The notes under the pieces: generated by a model | What the model was told of the DNA's origin: nothing | The model's database searches: none | What the model saw: only the letters and a program-made list of their open reading frames with translations | DNA from: a virus | Taxonomy: Duplodnaviria > Caudoviricetes | IMG/VR virus record: IMGVR_UViG_3300043443_000116 | Coordinates: 1-40,654 of that record | Strand: one strand, 5' to 3' | Length of the DNA stretch: 40,654 nucleotides | In this document: piece by piece, positions 17,999 through 25,834 of the stretch | How the letters are laid out: each line of letters begins with the position of its first letter | Numbering within the stretch: the stretch's first letter is position 1 | Translations under genes and position numbers: made by a program

Positions 17999-18423
17999 TA
18001 CAGAACTTCTTCTTCGTCTTCTTGAGCAGCTTCAGCAGCACCCTCGTAAGGGACAACCTTAGTCACGATGAGTCGCTTAATAGAGGGTGCAGCACCGAAC
18101 TTACCAGACATCTTGTGACGATATGAGGTCACCAGAGCTACTGCATTGGTGCCGTTACCGAACGTCTTAGCATCCATCTTGTTACCATCTTCGTCCACAG
18201 GCTCAAAGAGGTACTTAGACTTAGCAACGATGTAGTTACCTTGCTCTGGCTTGTTCTTGACTTTGATGCCAAGTTCAGTGAGCTTCTCAACTGCTGCATC
18301 ACTAAGGTGGCACAGAGTGCATTCATATTTAACATTGTCTTCGTTGAAGTGAGTGTTGAACTCAGTCATGTACTTGTTCCAATAAAGTTGTCCGGCAACT
18401 TTGACGGGCTTCAGATCAGTCAT
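17998..18423 (-). CDS. Putative single-stranded DNA-binding protein
   Basis: Located between pol and exo; beta-rich core with FGNGT and an acidic tail (AQEDEEEVL); strong RBS and high-expression codon use. Confidence 0.7.
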   Translation of the reverse strand: MTDLKPVKVAGQLYWNKYMTEFNTHFNEDNVKYECTLCHLSDAAVEKLTELGIKVKNKPEQGNYIVAKSKYLFEPVDEDGNKMDAKTFGNGTNAVALVTSYRHKMSGKFGAAPSIKRLIVTKVVPYEGAAEAAQEDEEEVL

Positions 18424-18473
18424 TTAAATTTCCTTTCAATTTATAACCTTAACAGTGACGCTAAGGTGCTTAC

Positions 18474-18502
18474 ATTATATCACAGAAGTTCCAGTTTTGC
18501 AA
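18474..18502 (-). promoter_or_regulatory. Sigma70-type promoter upstream of the SSB gene
   Basis: Minus strand TTGCAA-17 nt-TATAAT with extended -10 TGn. Confidence 0.75.
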
Positions 18503-18503
18503 C

Positions 18504-18695
18504 TCAGTGATAAGTCAAATCAGAATCATCATCGTCATCATCGAGGATACCATCAGTCTCAACGCCAAAGCGTTTGAGTAGACCAAAGGCAATACCGATG
18601 AGTTCTTCCATGTCGAAACCTTCGTCACATCGAAGATCAAAGGTGTCGTCATCATAGCACAGAAGCTCGATGGTCTTAGTGTGTTTCTTGGACAT
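18504..18695 (-). CDS. Small acidic protein (63 aa)
   Basis: GGGGA RBS; Asp-rich tail. Confidence 0.65.
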   Translation of the reverse strand: MSKKHTKTIELLCYDDDTFDLRCDEGFDMEELIGIAFGLLKRFGVETDGILDDDDDDSDLTYH

Positions 18696-18728
18696 ATTTT
18701 CCCCGTGTTCGTAGGCTTTTCTGTAACA

Positions 18729-19136
18729 TTACGGTGAATGCTCTTCTACATATGCAGCAGCTTTACGTAGAAGTTCTGGATTGTCTTTGAACAGTCCTAA
18801 ACCTCTGTTGCAATTATGACACAAAAGTTTACGTACCTTACCTGTGCTGTGACAATGATCCACTGCTAGCTTTTCATTGTGATTGTTGCTACCAATCAAG
18901 AACCCTTCAGATCCACAAAGATAACATTTATCCTGCTGTTCTTGTTTCATCCGAGCAAGCTCATTGTCATCAATACCATAGTTGCGTCTATAGTAAGCAT
19001 TCTTACCTTTACACGCTGAACTACAATATAACTGACAAGGATTACTTGGAGTAAAAGAAGTGTTACAAGTCTTACAGTTTTTATCTTTGAAGTATCCGTT
19101 AGGGTACTTAGTGGGTGTCGAACCAGTTGATGCCAT
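18729..19136 (-). CDS. Endonuclease VII-family HNH homing endonuclease
   Basis: YRRNYGI, CYLCG and LAVDHCHSTGKVRKLLCHNCNRGLG; its start and RBS lie within the last codons of polA. Confidence 0.9.
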   Translation of the reverse strand: MASTGSTPTKYPNGYFKDKNCKTCNTSFTPSNPCQLYCSSACKGKNAYYRRNYGIDDNELARMKQEQQDKCYLCGSEGFLIGSNNHNEKLAVDHCHSTGKVRKLLCHNCNRGLGLFKDNPELLRKAAAYVEEHSP

Positions 19137-20805
19137 GTTTTCCCTCCGCTGCTACTGGACATCTAAAGGACAAGTCTACACCAGCTTTGGCTGCTGCGTC
19201 AATCACTATTTGTTTGATTTCTTCAGCATACTTTTCAGCGGCTTCGATCTGTACTTCATCGTGAACCCAGGCGACTAACTTATACGGTATTTTCTTTCTT
19301 TTAAGTTCCTCCGAAAAGTTGACAATCCATTGCTTAGCGATAATGGCCCCTGCTGATTGAAGAAGTGTATTGAGTGCGGAGTGTTCCGAACGTACCCACA
19401 ATTTGCGCCCATCAAGACCCGGTAGCCAGCCTTTAGCAGAGAGTTTAGAAACCTTTTGCTTAAGTTTTGCATACGCTGGGACGTTACGTTCAAAAGAATC
19501 AATAATTTTTTTCCCTTGAGATGGTGTCCCACCAATAATAGATCCCACTTTTGCAGGCGAAGCGCCGTAGAGCGTGGCGTAGAGTACTGTTTTTGCATCA
19601 TTACGTGTAGGTACTCCAAACGCCTTTTGGTTTCTTGTATGAACATCACCATGCACCACCTCATTTATGTATTCAGCATCGTTTAGATAGTGAGCAAAAC
19701 ATCGAAGCTCGATACCAGACAAGTCAACACCGATTAGTACGTTACCATCGTCAACTGACCAGCATTTACGACATTCAGCACCGTAGACACTGCTTGTGTT
19801 TGGTATCTGTCCCATATTGGGACTTGAATGCGTTGCTCTACCCGTCACTGCCCCGTTGGTGATGACCTTACCGTGTACTCTACCGTCATCCTTGACTTCC
19901 TCAAACCATGACTTAATCTGGCTGATACGTTTCTGTAACAGAAGATACTCAGCGATCATCTTAGCTTCAGGGATGTCTAATTTAGCCAGCACAGCCTCAT
20001 CAACGATAACGCTGCCCTTCTCTGTAAACTTATCAGGTTTCCACCCGAGTTCCTTCAGCTTTTCAGCGATTTGCTGTCTTGATCCTGGGTTGAACGTGAC
20101 AGTTTGGGGCTTAAGAGTCTTGCCAGTTTTCTCGGAGATTCTTTCGAGTTCATAGGGAGGCCATCGTTCTTGCATTGACTCATAAATTCTGTCCAGCTTC
20201 CCTTGAATGTCAGCCAACAACGTCGTTGCATATGGTAGATCCAATCTGAAGCCGTTACGCTCCTGTTGTGCAATGATGGCAGCTACTCTGTGCTCAAGCT
20301 CTACGGAGTAGTCACTGAATTGATGCTTTTCAAGTTCTTTGATGAGATGCTGATAAAGTAACGCAGTAACTTCAACGTCACCGACACAGTAATGCTCAAG
20401 CAAAGGCATGTGAGGATTATCAAACTCAAGACCATTGGTTTTACTTTCCGAGTTATTGGTGATCCAGTTCCAGATTTTACGATACTCAACCTTCGTCTTC
20501 CCGAGAGTCTCTCCCCATGCTTCCAGGCTGTGTCCGCCTTCCCTGCTTGGATCGAGGAGTCTGCTCACGAGTAATGTGTCGAAGCACTGGCTCAAACGTA
20601 TCTTCGTCTTCCATAAGCGATTCAAGAGAGGTGCGTCGAAAGACACGCCGTTCTGCATGACTATCAACGTACATTGCTCCAGAAATTCCTTTAGGCCGTC
20701 GGCTGCTTTCCATGTCTTTACTTCACCAGTGTCAATGTCTTTGGTGACCACAAGCCATATGTGATCATGCTTAGTGTTGGTTTCAATATCGAGGACGATC
20801 CTCAT
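19108..20805 (-). CDS. polA: Family A DNA polymerase with 3'-5' exonuclease domain
   Basis: LDIET (ExoI), NGVSFD, YCVGDV, TGRATHSSPN, DLSGIELR (motif A), RNDAKTVLYATLYG (motif B), VHDE (motif C). Confidence 0.96.
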   Translation of the reverse strand: MRIVLDIETNTKHDHIWLVVTKDIDTGEVKTWKAADGLKEFLEQCTLIVMQNGVSFDAPLLNRLWKTKIRLSQCFDTLLVSRLLDPSREGGHSLEAWGETLGKTKVEYRKIWNWITNNSESKTNGLEFDNPHMPLLEHYCVGDVEVTALLYQHLIKELEKHQFSDYSVELEHRVAAIIAQQERNGFRLDLPYATTLLADIQGKLDRIYESMQERWPPYELERISEKTGKTLKPQTVTFNPGSRQQIAEKLKELGWKPDKFTEKGSVIVDEAVLAKLDIPEAKMIAEYLLLQKRISQIKSWFEEVKDDGRVHGKVITNGAVTGRATHSSPNMGQIPNTSSVYGAECRKCWSVDDGNVLIGVDLSGIELRCFAHYLNDAEYINEVVHGDVHTRNQKAFGVPTRNDAKTVLYATLYGASPAKVGSIIGGTPSQGKKIIDSFERNVPAYAKLKQKVSKLSAKGWLPGLDGRKLWVRSEHSALNTLLQSAGAIIAKQWIVNFSEELKRKKIPYKLVAWVHDEVQIEAAEKYAEEIKQIVIDAAAKAGVDLSFRCPVAAEGKHGINWFDTH

Positions 20806-20825
20806 ATCTTCCTCATTTATACAAA

Positions 20826-20860
20826 GTTTACTACGGTTTACTATAGTTTACTACGGTTTA
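20826..20860. repeat. 10-bp tandem repeat upstream of polA
   Basis: GTTTACTACG GTTTACTATA GTTTACTACG GTTTA. Confidence 0.85.
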
Positions 20861-20866
20861 GTGTGG

Positions 20867-21184
20867 TCATGCTTGCCTCCCAATCTCAGCCGCAGCCCTG
20901 ACGATGGCGCGGCGCGTGGCGGCGTAGGGGTAATGGTTGAAAGCCTCAAGAATCTTGATGCCAGTTGAGTGTCGAATGGCAATGCTACCGCGCCTCGTGT
21001 CAATTTCAAACAGCAACTTCACCGCCAGCCGCAGCGCATCGCCGTCGTCGGTTAGTGGGTTCCATTGCGTAGTCCCTTCCCCAAAATCAAGCATCAGCCC
21101 CGGCAAGTCTTCCGGCCAGTTGTCATCAATCCACGTTGCACCAGCCGCCTTCGCAGCCAATTCAAGTAATTCGCGGTCAGTCAT
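20867..21184 (-). CDS. Hypothetical protein (105 aa), GC-rich
   Basis: MTDRELLELAAKAAG...WNPLTDDGDALRLAVKL...RRAIVRAAAEIG; ATGA overlap with the upstream gene. Confidence 0.8.
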   Translation of the reverse strand: MTDRELLELAAKAAGATWIDDNWPEDLPGLMLDFGEGTTQWNPLTDDGDALRLAVKLLFEIDTRRGSIAIRHSTGIKILEAFNHYPYAATRRAIVRAAAEIGRQA

Positions 21185-21435
21185 GGGTTGCTCCTTGCGC
21201 GGATAACGTTGGCGATATGTTCGGCAGCGGCATGAGCGTGGTTATCCCAATAGAGGTTGCAGATTTCTTCTTTACACACCTTCGCACACGCCTCGCGCTC
21301 CTCCGCTTTCGCGGCAGCGGCGATCATGTAGGAGAAGCGTTCAAACATTGGGGTCACGTCGCCAGACATGCGCTCATCTGTTGTCACTCCGTTCAGTGCC
21401 TCCCGCGCCATGCGGATGATGTCGTCGCGGGTCAT
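21181..21435 (-). CDS. Small GC-rich protein, MTRDDI/EREACAKVC family
   Basis: Paralog of 15555..15779; ATGA overlaps at both ends. Confidence 0.78.
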   Translation of the reverse strand: MTRDDIIRMAREALNGVTTDERMSGDVTPMFERFSYMIAAAAKAEEREACAKVCKEEICNLYWDNHAHAAAEHIANVIRARSNP

Positions 21436-21755
21436 GTGTTGCGCTCCTTCAGCGCGGCCTCGATGGCGCGGGCGAATTGCTGCCTACGAAGCTCACTATC
21501 TGTGCCGCTCAAAGACATATCTTCAATCTCCTCCTCCGTCAGCCCTCGCCACTCATTTCTCTTAAACACAGCCATAATAGCCTCATTCTCCTCGCCTGGG
21601 GCGTAGTCACCACTGTCAACCCATTCGATGTCATGCAGTGCCTTTACGATTAGCTTCAAATGCTCAGCAAAGGCTTTACGTTCTGGCGTGTTCTCTTCAA
21701 AGTCCGCAAACCATTCTATCTTACTATAAAGATAGTCCATTGATCCACCGCTCAT
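21432..21755 (-). CDS. Hypothetical protein (107 aa), apparently chimeric
   Basis: AT-richer N-terminal part joined to a GC-rich EWRGLTEEEI...ARAIEAALKERNT tail. Confidence 0.72.
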   Translation of the reverse strand: MSGGSMDYLYSKIEWFADFEENTPERKAFAEHLKLIVKALHDIEWVDSGDYAPGEENEAIMAVFKRNEWRGLTEEEIEDMSLSGTDSELRRQQFARAIEAALKERNT

Positions 21756-22054
21756 TTTAGACGCTCCTTCAATGCAGCAATGGTGCCTTCAACTTCATCC
21801 ATCACACGTTTGGGCCCGTGCCATTGCCAGCCTGTTACTTCGTTCAAAGTGTCCAGTGCCTGTTGCAACAGTTCGGTGTCCTCGTTGTACCTGTCATCGA
21901 AAGCCTTCACCGTGTCCCAGTCAGGCTTGAAGTCGTTCATCCCAGTGCTTTTCTCGTAGTCTTCAAAGCATTCTGATGAATGCAGGTTGGGGTCTGTACT
22001 TCCGCAGCTACGTCCGGCACAAGGTCTTGTATTCATGTTATGATCACCGCTCAT
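21752..22054 (-). CDS. Hypothetical protein (100 aa)
   Basis: Directly follows the primase-helicase; has a Cys/His cluster at the N-terminus. Confidence 0.7.
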   Translation of the reverse strand: MSGDHNMNTRPCAGRSCGSTDPNLHSSECFEDYEKSTGMNDFKPDWDTVKAFDDRYNEDTELLQQALDTLNEVTGWQWHGPKRVMDEVEGTIAALKERLK

Positions 22055-22055
22055 A

Positions 22056-23675
22056 TCACAGTTCCTCCAACATAACTTCGAACATTCTACCAGAGTTTAC
22101 ATCATAACGCAAGTTACATGCAGGCCCTGTGTCACCATTATAGCGATTCTTAGCCACTGCAACCTTCGTAGTATGTCGTTCCTCTTCGCTGTCGGCCATG
22201 CTGTTACGCTCCAGAGTAATCACTGCGTCACTCAACTGAGCGATTGCGCCAGATCCGCGAAGTTGACTCAGTGAAACACTGTGCCCATCTTCGTGTCCTT
22301 TATCGCCTGTCAGCCTACGCAGATGAGACACACAGAACAGAGTAATACCAAGTTCTTGCACCAGTGTCCTGAGCTTAGTCATCAATACATCAATGGCTTT
22401 ACGTTCATCGCCTTGATCCTGTCCTGAGACAATGATGCTCAAGTGATCCAGGAAGATAACTTTACAGTCTAACGCTTTAGCCATATACCTAATACGACTC
22501 AGGATGTTATCGCTTGATGTACTCCCAAAGTGATCAAACAAGAAGATCCTCTTTGTGCCCAGAGTCGCATCAAAGGCTTGACGTAGCTCAGTGTCAGTCA
22601 CTTCAACGTCAGGCAAATGCAGCTTCTTGTTAGCATGAATACTCATGATAGACCGTGCAGTCTTCTTGACTGACTCTTCCATGAACATTGCACCAATGTT
22701 GATGTTAGTGGTCTTAATCAGATGATAGAGAATCTCACGCAAGAACTGTGATTTACCTAAGCCTGATCCAGCAGTGACTGTGATCAGTTCACTAGAGCGC
22801 ATACCGTACAGAAGAGCATTCAAGCCTCGCCACGGATACAGAGCCTCTGATGGCTTCTCCGGTGTAGACACCTCATCCCAGAGCTTAGATGCGTCAATGA
22901 TGCCATCAGGGACGTACGACTCAGCCCTCCACCATTCATTGACGAATTCCTTAGAAGCACCGAGAGACAAATAGTCACAAGCATCTTTGTGTCCAGTGGC
23001 ATGTTTGACAATCTTAGCCTTCAAGCCAAACAGTTCAGCAACTTCCTTTGAGGCTTTACGCCCAGGCTCATCATTGTCAAAGCAAACGACAATGTGCTCG
23101 AAAGAGTCTAGCCATTCATAGTTAGCCTTTACGTCCTTCAATGCTGCCTGTGCACCGTTACGGATAGACACAACAGGCCATTGTGAACCTGTCATCTGAT
23201 GTGCTGCTAGTGCATCAAGCTCACCTTCGACAATGGTTACATATTTACCACCCTTGTGGAACAGATGCTGACCAAACAGAGTAGCACTCTCAAATGAACC
23301 TTTAATGGTGAATGTCTTAGTCTCAACATCACGCACCTTGTATGCCACCAAAGAGCCTTTGGCGTCATAGTAAGGGTAATAATGTTTCCCGTTCATGGTA
23401 TTAACTGCGTATTTCTCACATGTGACCTGAGTAATACCCCGATCAGGAATGCTCTTTGGTGTTCCGATTGTTTCCATGCTAAAAAGTTTCTCCGTCGATT
23501 TAGCGTAAGCTCTAACCTCGTGCTTCCAATCGTCTAATCCGTCATGAGTTGTACTACCACAAACAAAACAGTGAATATGGCCATCATCATAAAGTGCACC
23601 TCCGTCTGAGCTTCCACAATCTGCACAAGGTACGTGCTTTAAAAACTTACTGTTTGACTTTGTGTGTGTCAGCAT
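22056..23675 (-). CDS. T7 gp4-like primase-helicase
   Basis: CADCGSSD...HCFVC zinc finger, TOPRIM motifs (VEGELDA, FDNDEPG), AGSGLGKS, FLDHLSI, SHLRR, LRGSGAIAQLSD, KNRYNG. Confidence 0.96.
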   Translation of the reverse strand: MLTHTKSNSKFLKHVPCADCGSSDGGALYDDGHIHCFVCGSTTHDGLDDWKHEVRAYAKSTEKLFSMETIGTPKSIPDRGITQVTCEKYAVNTMNGKHYYPYYDAKGSLVAYKVRDVETKTFTIKGSFESATLFGQHLFHKGGKYVTIVEGELDALAAHQMTGSQWPVVSIRNGAQAALKDVKANYEWLDSFEHIVVCFDNDEPGRKASKEVAELFGLKAKIVKHATGHKDACDYLSLGASKEFVNEWWRAESYVPDGIIDASKLWDEVSTPEKPSEALYPWRGLNALLYGMRSSELITVTAGSGLGKSQFLREILYHLIKTTNINIGAMFMEESVKKTARSIMSIHANKKLHLPDVEVTDTELRQAFDATLGTKRIFLFDHFGSTSSDNILSRIRYMAKALDCKVIFLDHLSIIVSGQDQGDERKAIDVLMTKLRTLVQELGITLFCVSHLRRLTGDKGHEDGHSVSLSQLRGSGAIAQLSDAVITLERNSMADSEEERHTTKVAVAKNRYNGDTGPACNLRYDVNSGRMFEVMLEEL

Positions 23676-23841
23676 AGAGTGCTACATCCGACAATGCTTT
23701 GATGAGTTTAGGAACATCTTTGATTGAGACAATAACTAGGTCAGCCTCTTGTTCAATGAAGATAACATCAGCTTCAGGATTGAATGAGGTTCTAACCTCT
23801 AATCGCCTGTCAATGCCAACTTTGATGCTTAGGTAATCCAT
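23647..23841 (-). CDS. Hypothetical protein (64 aa)
   Basis: Packed ORF upstream of the primase. Confidence 0.6.
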   Translation of the reverse strand: MDYLSIKVGIDRRLEVRTSFNPEADVIFIEQEADLVIVSIKDVPKLIKALSDVALYADTHKVKQ

Positions 23842-23843
23842 GA

Positions 23844-24050
23844 TTAGCCCTTAATGCTGAAGTAATTCTCAAGTGCTTTGTTAATGTCACGTTGGACTTC
23901 CAGGGCTCCACGTTCATGGATGAAATCGACAACATCCCAGATAGTGTGCCAATAATGAGCCTCTTTTAGGTCATCATCGGTGGGCTCATAGTGAGACAAA
24001 GGAAGCTCAGAATCGATAGAGACAACATCAGGGTCAAGATGTGCATTCAT
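23844..24050 (-). CDS. Hypothetical protein (68 aa)
   Basis: Packed ORF in the - operon. Confidence 0.6.
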   Translation of the reverse strand: MNAHLDPDVVSIDSELPLSHYEPTDDDLKEAHYWHTIWDVVDFIHERGALEVQRDINKALENYFSIKG

Positions 24051-24059
24051 GGCTTAAAG

Positions 24060-24190
24060 TGAATTGTTGAAAGTTGAACAAAGATGAACATAGAAGTATA
24101 CAAATACATCATAATGTGTACATATATGTGTATAACATATAATGTTAACTTATAATGTATCTTTAACTTCTAAGTCTCTCTTAAGTATAC
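24060..24190. other. AT-rich, palindrome-rich intergenic island (candidate origin or regulatory site)
   Basis: Short inverted repeats such as TAACAT-ata-ATGTTA (24133-24147), and ACTTATAATGT at 24148-24158. Confidence 0.45.
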
Positions 24191-24411
24191 ATTATATCAT
24201 CGTCGTCTTCGTCTGTCAATAGATGACTACGACGATTGGTGCCAGTGTTGCTTTCGAACAACATCATCGATGATGCGTCAATGGGAACGTTGGTGGCTTC
24301 AAAAGCAACACCTAAGCATTCCGTGCAAGTGTCCAGGTACTCACCTGAGTCAACATGTTTAAGGGATGTCTCGTAATTAGTCAATGGTGCATTGCAGCAT
24401 GAACATCTCAT
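24181..24411 (-). CDS. Small zinc-finger protein (76 aa)
   Basis: MRCSCCN...LDTCTEC with an acidic tail; GAGGA RBS. Confidence 0.75.
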   Translation of the reverse strand: MRCSCCNAPLTNYETSLKHVDSGEYLDTCTECLGVAFEATNVPIDASSMMLFESNTGTNRRSHLLTDEDDDDIMYT

Positions 24412-24514
24412 CTTTGAAAATCCTCGATTAGAGCCACGCTAAAGCCCTCAGGCTAGGGTGGCATGGGTGAACACAAACAAATCGATTGTAGGGCCTTCTA
24501 GAGGCCTTCTAGGG

Positions 24515-24688
24515 CTATTCTGTCATGTGAATGTCCCTGTAAAGTGACTTTGATCGGTCGCTAGAGTGCACAATATCGTACAACCTAGCCCCATCAATAG
24601 AATTCTCAATCACCCAAGCACGAGCACTTGAGAGCTTGAGAAACCTGATAACGACAATCTTAGTTGATAGATTGATTACTTCGTACAT
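24515..24688 (-). CDS. Small early protein (57 aa), not in the ORF track
   Basis: MYEVINLSTKIVVIRFLKLSSARAWVIENSIDGARLYDIVHSSDRSKSLYRDIHMTE; TGATG coupling to the upstream gene. Confidence 0.6.
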   Translation of the reverse strand: MYEVINLSTKIVVIRFLKLSSARAWVIENSIDGARLYDIVHSSDRSKSLYRDIHMTE

Positions 24689-24942
24689 CAGTAGTCATCC
24701 TTTATGTCATCATAGTATTCGATAATCTGACGTTCGACATCAGACCATTGTTCATCAGTCATTTTATCAGTGATCCACGGAGCTGGACGTCCACGCCTAT
24801 CGACAATCTCAAAGTCTAAAGTGTAGTGATCCTCGGCATCGATGTCATTGTCAGCGTAGACACCACGACCACGCCAAAAGCGATAGGTTGTCACATTAGC
24901 CATGCAGGGTATTCCCCTGGCTGTTACGTCAATCAAAGACAT
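24688..24942 (-). CDS. Hypothetical early protein (84 aa)
   Basis: GAGG RBS; contains DRRGRPAPWITDKMT. Confidence 0.75.
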   Translation of the reverse strand: MSLIDVTARGIPCMANVTTYRFWRGRGVYADNDIDAEDHYTLDFEIVDRRGRPAPWITDKMTDEQWSDVERQIIEYYDDIKDDY

Positions 24943-24954
24943 ATTTAGACCTCA

Positions 24955-25077
24955 TTAGAAGGGCGCTTCTGGCGCGTTGATGGGGGGCTTTGAAGGCGGC
25001 TTGTTAGTGGGAATCTTCAAAGGCGGAGGTTGTGGTGGAGGCTTGATTCTGTCAGGTTTTGACCATGGGTGGAACAT
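24955..25077 (-). CDS. Proline-rich 40-aa peptide ending EAPF, not in the ORF track
   Basis: RBS TAAGGTG. MFHPWSKPDRIKPPPQPPPLKIPTNKPPSKPPINAPEAPF exactly fills the gap between two genes. Confidence 0.7.
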   Translation of the reverse strand: MFHPWSKPDRIKPPPQPPPLKIPTNKPPSKPPINAPEAPF

Positions 25078-25086
25078 GGTGTCACC

Positions 25087-25419
25087 TTAGAACTGAGAGA
25101 ACAGATGATAAGTCTCACCGTTGACACGATAAGACGACACAAGCATTGTGGCCTGAGACAGCCATTCTGTCACAGCTTCGTCGATGTCTTCATCGTCACT
25201 AATGTCTACGGTGTAGCAATCAAGAACCTCTGCGGTAGACATCTCTACGTAGTCACAGCAAAGCCCGACAATATCAAGCTCTACAGCTTCGCCAGTCTGG
25301 TCTTCGTAGTCTTCCAGGAAGTCGAACAGAGCATGTTTGCCTTGATAGCTGAACTGATCCTGGCGATCATGGGCACGGAAGGCATCGCAGAAGGCAGAGA
25401 ATGTGACAGTGGTAAACAT
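25087..25419 (-). CDS. Highly acidic early protein (110 aa)
   Basis: Start MFTTVTF at 25419 with GGAG RBS; 24 D/E versus 4 K/R by hand count. Confidence 0.8.
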   Translation of the reverse strand: MFTTVTFSAFCDAFRAHDRQDQFSYQGKHALFDFLEDYEDQTGEAVELDIVGLCCDYVEMSTAEVLDCYTVDISDDEDIDEAVTEWLSQATMLVSSYRVNGETYHLFSQF

Positions 25420-25520
25420 GGTGAAAACTCCAAAGTGATGCACCTAAGTGGTGCGAAGTAGTGCAGACAAGGTGCACATTCTAGGACACTGTGAAGACAC
25501 AATGCCCTAAGTGTAAACCC

Positions 25521-25718
25521 TTACTTTGTACGAATCAACGCCATGATGTCATGGCCACGAAGAGACACACGATACAACCCATTGTCTACACGTTCGCATT
25601 CATGGCGCTTTCTGGCAGCTTTCAGAATACTTGATGCTTTTTCTCGTGAATCAGAGCCCCAACGTTCAGCGCCAGAGCCCCAACGATACCAAGTGAACTG
25701 TGGAAGTGATTTAGACAT
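25521..25718 (-). CDS. Small basic early protein (65 aa)
   Basis: ATG at 25718 with GGAGA RBS. Confidence 0.65.
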   Translation of the reverse strand: MSKSLPQFTWYRWGSGAERWGSDSREKASSILKAARKRHECERVDNGLYRVSLRGHDIMALIRTK

Positions 25719-25740
25719 GATGATTTTCTCCAATGTTAGT

Positions 25741-25830
25741 TCAGAATCCGAGAGCAGCCAGAAGGCCGAGAGCGATACCGAAGGCGGCGGCGAAGAGCCA
25801 ATCTGCGATTGTCAGGGGGAGGTTTTGCAT
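25741..25830 (-). CDS. 29-aa single-pass membrane peptide, not in the ORF track
   Basis: MQNLPLTIADWLFAAAFGIALGLLAALGF; AAGGG upstream; fills the gap. Confidence 0.65.
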   Translation of the reverse strand: MQNLPLTIADWLFAAAFGIALGLLAALGF

Positions 25831-25834
25831 GATG

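Noticed and set aside
11152-20805. Introns or inteins in nrdJ or polA associated with the endonucleases
   Set aside because: Both reading frames are continuous and compact with all motifs present; the nucleases are free-standing.
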